In this document: positions 1 through 9,128 of the stretch, in pieces
Layout of the letters: every line of letters starts with the position of its first letter
How positions within the stretch are numbered: the stretch's first letter is position 1
From: an uncultured Fimbriimonadaceae bacterium
GTDB lineage: Bacteria; Armatimonadota; Fimbriimonadia; Fimbriimonadales; Fimbriimonadaceae
Direction of reading: 5' to 3'
Length of the DNA: 64,000 nucleotides
Assembly (NCBI GenBank): GCA_964607175.1
Contig: CAZSIM010000009.1
Coordinates: forward strand, 31,985 to 95,984
Translations under genes and position numbers: made by a program
The notes under the pieces: model-generated
What the model saw: only the letters and a program-made list of their open reading frames with translations
Told to the model about the DNA's origin: nothing
Database searches by the model: none

Positions 1-767
1 AAGGCATCTCTCAGCCAGGCTTCGGCATTTTCAGGAGTGCCGATTTCAAGAATCATGTTCATGGCTTCCTCGTTGGCTCCTCCATGAAGAGGACCTTTAA
101 GGGTGCCAATGCCGCTAACAATGCCGCTGTATAGGTCACTGAGAGTCGCCACAGTGACTCGATTGGCAAAGGTGCTGGCGTTAAAAGTGTGCTCAGCGTA
201 AAGAATAAGCGAAGCGTCCATCACCTTTTCGGTATCAGGATCTGGCTTAACGCCATTCAGCATGTACAAAAAGTTGGCAGCAGTTCTCAGCTCTGGGTCC
301 GGAGCTATAAACTCCTGACCAAGCTTGTGCCTCCAAAAGGCGCAGACAATCGTGCTGGCTTTGGCGACAATGCGGGTGGCCTTGCGAACGTTGGCGTCAT
401 GATCGGTTGCCGGAGCGTTGTAGTCAGGGTCAAAAGGAGAAAGCAGTGAGTAGCCCACCTTTAATGCATCCATGGGATGCATGTGCTTGGGGCAAAGCTG
501 AAGCGACTTCAAGACCTCGTCAGGAATGTTCCTTTCGTCAGAAAGAGTCTTAACAAAATCGGCGTACTCCTTGCTGCTGGGCAGGCGGCCATGAATCAAA
601 AGAAAAGCAGTCTCTTCATAGGTGCTTTTCTCAGCCAGTTCATGAACGTTGACTCCTCGGTAGACAAGGGTGCTGGTTGCACTGGTGATCTGGGCAACTT
701 TGGTGATGCCCCCCACAATCCCTTCAAGGCCGGGGCTGTAGTTCGGATGAGACTGCGCTGAACTCAT
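1..767 (-). CDS. gltA: citrate synthase (partial; C-terminal part lies beyond the window start)
   Basis: My reverse-strand translation from the ATG (cat at 765-767) reads MSSAQSHPNYSPGLEGIVGGITKVAQ... Near positions 60-140 it reads ...SGIGTLKGPLHGGANEEAMNMILEIG, the citrate-synthase catalytic His loop. It is missing from the ORF track because there is no stop codon inside the window. Confidence 0.85.
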   Translation of the reverse strand, partial: MSSAQSHPNYSPGLEGIVGGITKVAQITSATSTLVYRGVNVHELAEKSTYEETAFLLIHGRLPSSKEYADFVKTLSDERNIPDEVLKSLQLCPKHMHPMDALKVGYSLLSPFDPDYNAPATDHDANVRKATRIVAKASTIVCAFWRHKLGQEFIAPDPELRTAANFLYMLNGVKPDPDTEKVMDASLILYAEHTFNASTFANRVTVATLSDLYSGIVSGIGTLKGPLHGGANEEAMNMILEIGTPENAEAWLRDA

Positions 768-926
768 ATGGCTTATTCCGCTTAGGTTCTACGGTGTTGA
801 TTATCAAAAAGAGCCTGAAAGCATACGCCTGCATGTCGCAGACGGCTTTCCGGACTCTCTTAAAAAACCTGACATGGCAGTGTACCAGTCACCCCCGTGT
901 AGGGGCTCCTTCTAGGACAAGCTGCC

Positions 927-1517
927 TTAGTTTTGAGTGGTAAAAGTTAGGAAGAAGACCTTAAGCACAGGGCCTTCGTCGTTGTCCCACTCAGGATAGT
1001 CCGGCTCGTAGTCTGCGGCAAGCTCTTCCGGATTGCCGTGGTCATTATGAGACGACTTCTTCTTCTTTGATTTTTTGGGCGCTGCCTCTCCTTCTGCATG
1101 GACAAAGGTATGGCTTGCATGGTTGATGTGGTAGGCCAGCTCGCGCCTCAGCTGAGCCTTGCCATCAATCGTGGTTATCTCGTCAAGCGTTTTGGCAGAA
1201 AGAACAGAGATGACAGTATCGTTTACAAAAGGCAGAATCCCGCCTCCACCGCCATGTCCATCACCAGCGCTCGAAACGGTTGTTCCTTCAGCGCATTGAA
1301 CAACCACCTTAGTGCTCAGGTAGCCGCCTCCTTTAAGGTTCACCAAAAACTCTCCCACTTCTTCAGGGTGGTGGCCCAAGGCAATCTCAGGCACTGCCTT
1401 TGCTTCCTTCTTGCCGCCCATCATAAAGTAGCCGCCGCCCGCCAGCACCAAAACTACCGCAATGATGACTGGCATCATGTTTTTCTTTTTCGGGGCTGCA
1501 TCTTTGGCTTCAGACAT
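927..1517 (-). CDS. FliL-like single-pass membrane protein (flagellar basal-body-associated protein family), orphan
   Basis: 196-aa ORF. It has a Lys-rich N-terminus and one TM helix (MMPVIIAVVLVLAGGGYFMMGG), then EFLVNLKGGGYLSTKVVV, and ends in VLKVFFLTFTTQN. This layout and end motif match the FliL family. It carries an extra Gly-rich loop and a Lys/acidic insertion. Confidence 0.6.
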   Translation of the reverse strand: MSEAKDAAPKKKNMMPVIIAVVLVLAGGGYFMMGGKKEAKAVPEIALGHHPEEVGEFLVNLKGGGYLSTKVVVQCAEGTTVSSAGDGHGGGGGILPFVNDTVISVLSAKTLDEITTIDGKAQLRRELAYHINHASHTFVHAEGEAAPKKSKKKKSSHNDHGNPEELAADYEPDYPEWDNDEGPVLKVFFLTFTTQN

Positions 1518-1606
1518 AGTTAGGTTCTCCCTTTGTCAAGTTTCATAATCGGAAACTTCAAGGCCAGTCCCCAGGTTTTTATCAGGCATTTCGCCGCTAG
1601 TCCTCC

Positions 1607-3013
1607 TTAAGCCCTCATAAAAACCCTGCAGCGAGTGGCCAAAGCGGCCAGGCAGCCGATTAGCAGGGTTTGAAGCAGTCCATAGATGGCCAAGACCCAA
1701 GGATTCCACCCTTGAAGACCAACCCAGGAATTCACCCCTGTCAGCCGCACAAAGCTGAAGATGAAATTGGTCATTAGCAGATATCCCAAAAGTGGATTCG
1801 AACCAATGGCGGCCATAAATCCTGGCGACTTTCGGGGAAACCTCTGCCGCCAAAACTCCAAGCCCTGATGCACCAAAATAGCAAGCCCAGATGTGATTAA
1901 GAAGTAGCTGACTGTCGCACTGTCTTTTCTAAGGCTCTCTCCCCAATGGCTCACCATCACTCCCGCAAACACCAGGATGTTCGCGCTAGGGATCACCTGC
2001 CAAAGATCAGAATCTTTGTCGAGAAAAACCACCGCTCCAACAGCCAGCACCAAGAGGTAGACAGCCAAATAGGCATCTGTTCCCTTGCCTGCAAACAAAA
2101 AACATAAAGGAACAAGCATCAAGCACATCCCCAGCACAAGCCCATCTCTAGAGGTGCAGCTTCTTGGACCACTCCTTGCCAGCCAGCAGCCGTACAAAAT
2201 CCCTGGAATCACAATGAGCAGATATTTGTGGTAATCCAGCCGCGTCACCAGGGGGCTAAATGTCCACTGCAGCGCTGGGTTAAAGGGTGGCCAGTATTTG
2301 ATAACAGGCCACACCACCAGAACAATCAGACCGACCAAATAGGGCGCCCATGCCCACCGCCGAGAAGCCCAATAAACCAAGCCGCCAGTAAAGCTGACCC
2401 CAGCAAGCACCTTGATGATGATATCTTGGTTCATGGGATCAAACCTAGAAACATCCGTTGTCAAGAGACTGCTTAGAACTATGATGAGCAGGCCAATTCC
2501 CCTCAGCAGCCAGTTCACGCCGCTGCTCCAACGAGGAGAATAGATAAAGAGAAGCAGAGTTCCTAAAAAGAAGCCTAATCCCAGCAGCTGAACGAAAGGA
2601 GTCTCTGCCCCCGCCATCAAAGATGGCCTCATGGCAAAAACAAGCCACGCAAAAACAAGAAGCAGAAGGCTCCGCCGGCCAAGGCTTAAAAGCGTCTTGT
2701 GCCAAGGTTCGCCCTCCTCCAGCCTTCTTCCCAAAGAAAACGGGAGGGCTGCGCCCATGGCAAAAAGAAAGAAGGGAAAAACCAAGTCAACCCATGTAAT
2801 GCCGCTTATTGTCGGGTCAAACTTCATATCGGGCGGCGGCACCTGGGCGTGATACATCCAAGTGGGAAGAGTTCCTGCCGGAACCAAGCTGCTCAGTGCC
2901 ATTCCCAGCAGAGCCCAGCCTCTTAAAGCATCAAGAGATTCCTGCCTTTGTCCCTTCGGCGCAGGATCAAGGCCGTCATTCTGGCCGCCCAAAAGCAGTT
3001 CCTGCTCTGCCAT
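1607..3013 (-). CDS. polytopic membrane protein, acyltransferase-like (DUF1624/DUF5009/HGSNAT-like)
   Basis: 468 aa with about 11 hydrophobic helices. The N-terminal RQESLDALRGWALLGMAL matches the R-x-x-S-L-D-x-x-R-G signature of this family. Confidence 0.55.
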   Translation of the reverse strand: MAEQELLLGGQNDGLDPAPKGQRQESLDALRGWALLGMALSSLVPAGTLPTWMYHAQVPPPDMKFDPTISGITWVDLVFPFFLFAMGAALPFSLGRRLEEGEPWHKTLLSLGRRSLLLLVFAWLVFAMRPSLMAGAETPFVQLLGLGFFLGTLLLFIYSPRWSSGVNWLLRGIGLLIIVLSSLLTTDVSRFDPMNQDIIIKVLAGVSFTGGLVYWASRRWAWAPYLVGLIVLVVWPVIKYWPPFNPALQWTFSPLVTRLDYHKYLLIVIPGILYGCWLARSGPRSCTSRDGLVLGMCLMLVPLCFLFAGKGTDAYLAVYLLVLAVGAVVFLDKDSDLWQVIPSANILVFAGVMVSHWGESLRKDSATVSYFLITSGLAILVHQGLEFWRQRFPRKSPGFMAAIGSNPLLGYLLMTNFIFSFVRLTGVNSWVGLQGWNPWVLAIYGLLQTLLIGCLAALATRCRVFMRA

Positions 3014-3066
3014 AGGTTCACTATGACAGAGCAGGAAAACGGATACTTGGTGAATAAATGCTTATT

Positions 3067-3978
3067 TCAGCCGCGCCAATCCCAGTTCAGAATTCCTTCA
3101 GCGCTTAGTGAGTAGCGCCTTACGTCTCCGCCCCCGGTCGTAGAGGTGTAAAGCTGAGGCTTGCCATCATAAATTCTGGCGAAAATAATCCTTCCTCCTG
3201 CCGGGGATGGCTTGGGCCCCCACCCTTCAGTCACCTTCGTCGCCGACCCTCCTGATGCGTTTATCCTCATGCAGCTTTCAACCCCGCCATCCAGCGCAGT
3301 GAAAAGAAGATTGCCGCTATCCTGCCAGGAGACGCTTGGCCGGTTTGTACTGTGGCTGTTCACCAATGTGGCAGTGCCGCCCCCCGCAGGCATTCGGTAG
3401 ATTGAGCGGTTTGTTCCTCCATTCATTCGAATAAAGGCAATGGTGGAACCATCTCGTGAAACTGCAGGAAACTTATCGTCAAGGGCGTTGTCTGTCAACT
3501 GAGCAAACCCTGTGCCATCAATGTTCATTGCCACAAGTTCCTGATCTGCCCCCGCGACACCTTTGCTCCAGACCAATCGTGTGCTGCTGATCCAAGCCGG
3601 ATTTTCATCAACTGTGGTGTCGGTGGTAAGCCTCTGCAGTGTTGCAGGCTGGTTGATGGTCATCACATAAAGTTCAGATGATCCATCTCTGTCAGAAACA
3701 AACGCAATCTTGCTAGTATCGGGGCTGATAGCAGGCATGCGGTTATTGGCGGTTGTTGATGCAGCCTGAAGCTGAAGCCCGCCGGTTGAAACATCGTTCA
3801 CCCAAATGCGGCTGCGGCCAGTTTCTGTGTCTTCAAAGGCGATTCGCCCAGATGCGGCGCTGCCTCCTCCTCCGCCGCCGCCACTTCCTCCACTGCTGCT
3901 GCCTCCACCGCTGCCGCCACAGCCAGCCATAAGCGCAATAGACAAAGCGATTGTTCCGAAGCTAAGTACAAGTTTCAT
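3067..3978 (-). CDS. TolB-like beta-propeller lipoprotein (PD40/WD40-like repeats)
   Basis: Lipobox LMAGC followed by a Gly/Ser linker. Repeated PD40-type units are present (AISPDTSKIAFVSDRDGSSELYVM; FPAVSRDGSTIAFIR). I place the start at the internal ATG (3976-3978, MKLVLSF...); the ORF-track start is 4017. Confidence 0.7.
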   Translation of the reverse strand: MKLVLSFGTIALSIALMAGCGGSGGGSSSGGSGGGGGGGSAASGRIAFEDTETGRSRIWVNDVSTGGLQLQAASTTANNRMPAISPDTSKIAFVSDRDGSSELYVMTINQPATLQRLTTDTTVDENPAWISSTRLVWSKGVAGADQELVAMNIDGTGFAQLTDNALDDKFPAVSRDGSTIAFIRMNGGTNRSIYRMPAGGGTATLVNSHSTNRPSVSWQDSGNLLFTALDGGVESCMRINASGGSATKVTEGWGPKPSPAGGRIIFARIYDGKPQLYTSTTGGGDVRRYSLSAEGILNWDWRG

Positions 3979-4066
3979 TATGGGAATGCTAGCGCACACA
4001 CTGTGCCAGAGGAGCATCGCGGGGACAAATCACCACAATCGCATCCAAAATTAATCCTTCTATCAG

Positions 4067-5167
4067 TTAATGGGCTGCCACAAAGGCTTCCTTTCTCTGC
4101 TGAGCTGCGACAGCTGCCGCTTCCACATCAGAGTTCATCAGCTCACCGCCAGCTTCGGCGGTTTCAACAGCCTTAAGCGATTCAATGGCAACTTCCGCAT
4201 GGCGCTCTTCTGGCGGCTCGGTGGTAATCACCTGAGTCCACATTCCTGGCGTCAAAATCCAGCCGAGAAGCCTTTTATCCTCGGCACGCCCGGCTGCCCG
4301 GATAATCTCATAGCTGATTCCAGCCACAACTGGCAGCACAGCCATTCGGACAAGAATTCGAGTCACCAGGATCACCCATGCGGGAGAACCTTCAGGGACA
4401 AACAGATCGCGTGGAAGAGGGATAAAGACAAGGAATCCCACCACCACCACCATGATGGCGAAGTTTGTGCCGCACCTTAAATGAAACCTTGAGTTAGCCA
4501 GGCAGTTTTTAGGGGTGAGCTCCTGCCCATGCTCCATAGCATTGATGGCCGCGTGTTCTGCCCCGTGGTACCTAAAAACATCCAAGATCGCAGGGATTCT
4601 GCGAATCAAAAAAAGATAGCCAATAAACATGGCCAGCTTGACAGTCTCGGCCACAGCGTTTGTCCAAGTGTTGCTGAACTTGAAAATTGACTGAGTCCAC
4701 TGAGCAAGCCCTTCTGGACCGAAATCAAAGATGGTGACGCTGAGGGTGAGAGAAACAACAACGGTGACTGCGATCAGCACCTTCTCTATCTGCTTTCTCT
4801 TTTCAGGCGGCTGTGAATCGAACCAGTTTTCAAACTTAGATTTCTTAACTGGCGTTTTTTTAGCGTCTTCTTCGGCGCTTTCCAAGGGCTGAAACCTTTC
4901 ATCAGCGGCAATTTCGCCGGCAAACCTCATGGCTCTATTGCCCAGCAGCATCGTATCCAGCAGAGCCAAAGAACCGCGTAGAAAAGGCAGCATCAACCAT
5001 TTCTGCCTAAAAATCCACAGCTTTTCAATCGGCTCGGTCTTGACAAGAATCTCGCCGGATGGCGCACGCACAGCAATCGACCAAAATTTGGGCGACCGCA
5101 TCATTACTCCTTCCAGCACCGCCATTCCGCCGAACTGAAAGCCCTGAGGCTTATCCGCCATCCCCAT
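4067..5167 (-). CDS. DUF1385 domain-containing membrane protein
   Basis: FGGMAVLEGVMMRSP near the N-terminus and RYHGAEHAAINAME are the hallmark motifs of DUF1385. Confidence 0.75.
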   Translation of the reverse strand: MGMADKPQGFQFGGMAVLEGVMMRSPKFWSIAVRAPSGEILVKTEPIEKLWIFRQKWLMLPFLRGSLALLDTMLLGNRAMRFAGEIAADERFQPLESAEEDAKKTPVKKSKFENWFDSQPPEKRKQIEKVLIAVTVVVSLTLSVTIFDFGPEGLAQWTQSIFKFSNTWTNAVAETVKLAMFIGYLFLIRRIPAILDVFRYHGAEHAAINAMEHGQELTPKNCLANSRFHLRCGTNFAIMVVVVGFLVFIPLPRDLFVPEGSPAWVILVTRILVRMAVLPVVAGISYEIIRAAGRAEDKRLLGWILTPGMWTQVITTEPPEERHAEVAIESLKAVETAEAGGELMNSDVEAAAVAAQQRKEAFVAAH

Positions 5168-5312
5168 GACTGTACCCCTGGAAGGAAGAATGCTTCAGAC
5201 CAGCCCGACAAGACTGATGGCCATACTGCTCTCCACCAAGCGGCCACAGAACTATAGGTCGAGATAATCGTCACTCAAGCCAGGCGCATCTGCCGAAACA
5301 TAGGGGGCCGAT

Positions 5313-5489
5313 ATGGACCTTGACGCTGCTCGCTTAGATCTCACCACAGAGGAAGCTGACAAGCTTCTCACCCTGTGTCTTGTAAGCCCAGGGCAGATTG
5401 ACCAGGATGCTGAAATGGCTCTTAAAAAGCTGGCCCTCTACATTCGAAGCAAAGATAAACGAAGTCTGGATGAGCCAGATAATAACTAG
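5313..5489 (+). CDS. hypothetical small protein (58 aa)
   Basis: ATG at 5313 is preceded by aggggg 6 nt upstream. The product is MDLDAARLDLTTEEADKLLTLCLVSPGQIDQDAEMALKKLALYIRSKDKRSLDEPDNN, with stop TAG at 5487-5489, followed by a strong terminator. It falls below the ORF-track size cut-off. Confidence 0.35.
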   Translation: MDLDAARLDLTTEEADKLLTLCLVSPGQIDQDAEMALKKLALYIRSKDKRSLDEPDNN

Positions 5490-5505
5490 CAGCCTTGAAA
5501 CAAAC

Positions 5506-5540
5506 AAAGCCCCCTGCAGTCTGCATGCAGGGGGCTTTTA
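5506..5540. terminator. bidirectional rho-independent terminator
   Basis: Perfect 13-bp stem aaagccccctgca / tgcagggggcttt with a 7-nt loop. T-runs follow on both strands. It lies between the small + ORF and the 3' end of rho. Confidence 0.8.
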
Positions 5541-5552
5541 GTCTTCCTCGGG

Positions 5553-6944
5553 TTAAACCGAGGCGGTTGTTTTGGCGATAACGCCTTCCAGAAAGCTCTC
5601 GTTGCTGGGAGTCCTTTTCAAGAGTTTAATCAAGGAGTCTGTGGCATCAACCGAGTCTTTGGCGTTCGCCAAAAGCCTATGAAGATGAACAACAGCTTTG
5701 TGATGCTCTGGCTTAAAGAGAGCTTCTTCGTGCCTTGTTGAAGACGAACGAACATCAATCGCGGGCCAGATTCTGCGCTCGGCCAGTTCTCGGTTAAGAA
5801 CAATTTCCATATTGCCTGTGCCCTTAAACTCTTCAAAAATGGCCTGATCCATCTTTGAATCTGTTTCAACCAAGGCGGTGGCAATAATGGTAAGGCTGCC
5901 CCCTTCTTCAATATTCCTTGCTGCACCAAAAAACCTTCTTGGCCTATACAAAGCGGCAGGGTCAAGACCGCCCGAGAGGGTGCGGCCAGAAGCATTGATG
6001 GTGAGGTTTGAAGCGCGGGAATAGCGTGTAATTGAATCAAGAAGAACAACAACATCTCTTCCCGCTTCAACCATTCTCTTGGCCTGTTCCAGGCAGAGAT
6101 CAGCAACCCTCATGTGGTTGTCGGCTGGCTCATCGAAGGTAGAAGAGATCACCTGCCCCTTAACAAACCTCTTCATGTCGGTGACTTCTTCTGGCCTTTC
6201 ATCAACCAGCAGAACCATGAGGTACACGTCCGGGTTGTTGACAGATATGGCCTTGGCGATGGTTTTGACAATCGTGGTCTTGCCAGCCTTAGGAGGAGCA
6301 ACGATCAAGCCTCTTTGACCCTTGCCAATAGGACAAATCAGATCAATTATGCGGCCAATAATGTTGTCGCTGTCTGTTTCGCACACCAGCTTGGCATTAG
6401 GAAAAAGCGGTGTCAGCTGATCAAACTCTCTCCGGCTCTGCATGCCTGGCGATGCTGTCCCCATTTGGTTGACAGCTTCGACGCGCAGCATGCCATGGTA
6501 CTTTTCACCTTCTTTAGGAGCCCTTACCAGGCCAAAGACTGTATCGCCTGGCTTGAGAGAAAATCGCTTGATCTGCGACTGAGAAACGTAGGTGTCCTCA
6601 TTTGAAGGCGCGTAGTTTGGCTTTCGCAAAAATCCCCAGCCATCATTGAGAATTTCAAGAACGCCCTGCTTGTATATGGCATCTGGATTGGTCTTAAAGA
6701 GCATCTGCTCAATAACAGACAATCGGGGCTGGTCCACTGAAACCTTCGCCTTTTTCGCCGCCTTTAGCAGGTCGGCAACAGACATTTGGTCAAAGTGGTT
6801 GAAATCAATTTCTGGCAGATTCTCAAGGTCAGCCTGGCTGAACTCTTCTCTGTCCGGACGGCCTTTGTAGCGTCGTCGACCGCGGTTGTTTCCGCCGCCT
6901 CCGCCTACACCGCCTTCACGCTTTTGTCGAAAGACAGGACTCAT
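5553..6944 (-). CDS. rho: transcription termination factor Rho (with Gly/Arg-rich N-terminal extension)
   Basis: Contains GVLEILNDGWGFLR (RNA-binding domain), Walker A GQRGLIVAPPKAGKTT and the typical C-terminal RecA-type region. Confidence 0.95.
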   Translation of the reverse strand: MSPVFRQKREGGVGGGGGNNRGRRRYKGRPDREEFSQADLENLPEIDFNHFDQMSVADLLKAAKKAKVSVDQPRLSVIEQMLFKTNPDAIYKQGVLEILNDGWGFLRKPNYAPSNEDTYVSQSQIKRFSLKPGDTVFGLVRAPKEGEKYHGMLRVEAVNQMGTASPGMQSRREFDQLTPLFPNAKLVCETDSDNIIGRIIDLICPIGKGQRGLIVAPPKAGKTTIVKTIAKAISVNNPDVYLMVLLVDERPEEVTDMKRFVKGQVISSTFDEPADNHMRVADLCLEQAKRMVEAGRDVVVLLDSITRYSRASNLTINASGRTLSGGLDPAALYRPRRFFGAARNIEEGGSLTIIATALVETDSKMDQAIFEEFKGTGNMEIVLNRELAERRIWPAIDVRSSSTRHEEALFKPEHHKAVVHLHRLLANAKDSVDATDSLIKLLKRTPSNESFLEGVIAKTTASV

Positions 6945-7296
6945 GGGAGTTGGTATTGCTCGGCATCAGATAGAAGCCGAAAATTGGGAGAACCATTTCA
7001 GCACCCTGCATAAGAACCATAAGGCTGTTTTTGGGGGCCGAGGAGCAAAAGACAAAGTGCAGTGACCGAGAACCTCAAGGCCAAAGGGGATGTCTCTTGC
7101 TCACTACTTTACCAGATTCTTCGAAAAACAAGACAGCTCTCAAAATTTTCGTAAATCTCTTCACAATTTCGGCCTGTCTGGCTCTCTTTTACTATTCAAA
7201 CCTCAGACCAATGGGGGGTTCACAAAGCAGCCTAGCTGCATCAGTATAAGAGGCCATGAGCGCTCTGCCAACCTCAGCCGAACCGCACCTGTTACG

Positions 7297-7818
7297 CTAG
7301 TCAGGGCGAACAACGCCGACAAAAGGCAGTTCTCTGTGCCTTTCATCATGGTCCAGCCCATACCCAACCACAAAGGTGTTCTCAATTTCAAACCCCAAGT
7401 AGTCAACAGGAGCCTGATGAACAACTGCTTCGGGCTTTCTTAACAGGGCAACAACCCTTAAGCTGGCCGGGCGTCGCTGCTTTAGCAGTTCGACAAGGTG
7501 TTTGAGAGTGAGTCCAGAATCAACGATGTCTTCAACAAGCAGGACATGCTGACCTTCTATCTCAACTTCATGATCTTTTTTTAAGCTCACGACTCCGCTA
7601 GACTGCTGCCCGCTTCCATAGCTGCCCACCTGGATGAAGTCAATTCTCACTTCTCTATCCAGCTCTCTAACAAGATCTGCCATAAAAATGAAGCAGCCTT
7701 TCAAGACCCCCATGACAATCAGCGTCTCACCAATAGGGGTGTCGCGGCTGATCTCTTCTGCAAGTTCTTTAATCCTTGCCGCAATCTCTTCACGGCTGAC
7801 CAGCACCTCAATCGGCAT
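7297..7818 (-). CDS. hpt: hypoxanthine phosphoribosyltransferase
   Basis: 173 aa with the PRPP-binding motif VLLVEDIVDSGLTL and the typical Hpt N-terminus (ISREEIAARIKELA). Confidence 0.9.
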   Translation of the reverse strand: MPIEVLVSREEIAARIKELAEEISRDTPIGETLIVMGVLKGCFIFMADLVRELDREVRIDFIQVGSYGSGQQSSGVVSLKKDHEVEIEGQHVLLVEDIVDSGLTLKHLVELLKQRRPASLRVVALLRKPEAVVHQAPVDYLGFEIENTFVVGYGLDHDERHRELPFVGVVRPD

Positions 7819-8242
7819 TGTCTCGGCTCCATTCTGCGGCGGCAGTAGTTGAGGCAGTTTCCTTAATGGTCAGCTTCATTGTTTCAATTCCGCCTTTCAA
7901 TAGGTCGCCCTTCAGCCTTTCGCCAAGCCATAAAACAATGTTCTCGGCTGTTGACCAAAAAGATACTTGGGTCATTTTGAGTCCCAGCTGTGCAAGCGTG
8001 CCCCTAAGCTCAGTATCAGAAGGATCAATCATGTACGAGTGGTCAAGCTCCTGAAGAATTGGCTTGACATAGGTGCTGATATCCTTGTAGTCAAGCACCA
8101 TTCCCTGTTCATCAACTTGGCCGATGAGCTCTACAAGCAGGACATAAGAATGTCCGTGAACGTTTTGGCATCCGCCCGTGTGCCACGGGAGCCTATGGCC
8201 CATCTCCCACCTATATTCCTTGCTGATGACAACTTTGCCCAC
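7808..8242 (-). CDS. queD: 6-carboxy-5,6,7,8-tetrahydropterin synthase
   Basis: Reads WEMGHRLPWHTGGCQNVHGHSY, which is the Cys-x3-HGH zinc/catalytic motif of QueD/PTPS. It overlaps hpt by 11 nt. Confidence 0.85.
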   Translation of the reverse strand: MGKVVISKEYRWEMGHRLPWHTGGCQNVHGHSYVLLVELIGQVDEQGMVLDYKDISTYVKPILQELDHSYMIDPSDTELRGTLAQLGLKMTQVSFWSTAENIVLWLGERLKGDLLKGGIETMKLTIKETASTTAAAEWSRDNAD

Positions 8243-8309
8243 AGATAAGGCGATAGTTTAGCTGCCGCCAGCTGCAGCCAGCTAAGCCTGCCACAGACCA
8301 AAGTCTGCT

Positions 8310-9110
8310 TCAGCGCAGATCATTGGCTGCTGCAGGAAGCTTTAGACCGTTCCTTCGAAGGAAGGCAGCAGCAAACTCTGCTTTAAGCTTTAGCCGAGGG
8401 CTGGTTTTAACATGATGGTAAAAATCGCTGCTCCCTGTCATGATTCCTGCGGCGATGCTGCCAAAGTCGCTCTCAAAATCGTGGCTCGCAGCTTCATACA
8501 AAAAACCTTTGGACAGCCACTCCTTTTCTCTTTTGATCAAGTCGGTAGGATGAAAGCTGCCACTGTACTCCTCGTCATACTCAAAATCTTCAGGCAGAAG
8601 CTTTTGCCAGGCATCTGCATTGAATTCACTTTCATTGAAATAAATGAGAAGTCGGGCCATTTCATGATGAAATGCGTTTTCTAGAAGCTCTTGAGAATAA
8701 CCTTCGGATTCACCTTTGCTTGATATGTAAACAGCATCTCCAGAAAACGAAGAAGGTGTATCTACTCCATAAAACTGAAGCGACCCAACACAATAGATGT
8801 CAGCCAAACCGAAAGCATATCTATCGCTGGGATAGCGCTTAAGCTCCTGCTCAACTATTTTTTTTACTCTCGTGAACTCAGCTGCATCGATCTTTGAAGC
8901 TTTTGGCTTTAGGTCTGGCTCCTCATGCCATTCCGACGGAAAGATACCTGGGCCAAATTCTGCACTTATTTCCGGTGTTCCCATGAACGCTATCATATGC
9001 CTGCTGAAGAAAAACAACCCAGCAGTGCCAAGAGCTAACGTCAAAACTGAAAGAGCGAGGAGAATGCCTAAAACCAGACTGCTTCGATTCTTTTTTGCTT
9101 CAGGCTGCAT
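8310..9110 (-). CDS. membrane-anchored protein, putative zinc-metallopeptidase-like fold with degenerate HExxH (paralog 1)
   Basis: N-terminal TM helix. It shares FPSEW, YP, FYGV, FHHE, AW, F-x-Y, EDF/SDF and SPRL-x-x-KA blocks with the adjacent ORF. The motif reads FHHEMARLL. Confidence 0.4.
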   Translation of the reverse strand: MQPEAKKNRSSLVLGILLALSVLTLALGTAGLFFFSRHMIAFMGTPEISAEFGPGIFPSEWHEEPDLKPKASKIDAAEFTRVKKIVEQELKRYPSDRYAFGLADIYCVGSLQFYGVDTPSSFSGDAVYISSKGESEGYSQELLENAFHHEMARLLIYFNESEFNADAWQKLLPEDFEYDEEYSGSFHPTDLIKREKEWLSKGFLYEAASHDFESDFGSIAAGIMTGSSDFYHHVKTSPRLKLKAEFAAAFLRRNGLKLPAAANDLR

Positions 9111-9128
9111 TCGCCTAGTTTAGCCCGC

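Noticed and set aside
3840-3910. GC-rich, repeat-looking DNA (gcc/gct/cca triplets).
   Set aside because: It simply encodes the Gly/Ser linker (GGGSSSGGSGGGGGGGS) of the TolB-like lipoprotein. It is not a CRISPR or satellite repeat.
6114-6605. 163-aa plus-strand ORF, and the 158-aa minus-strand alternative-frame ORF at 5630-6106.
   Set aside because: Both lie inside rho, which has unambiguous motifs in its own frame. They have no motifs or independent signals.
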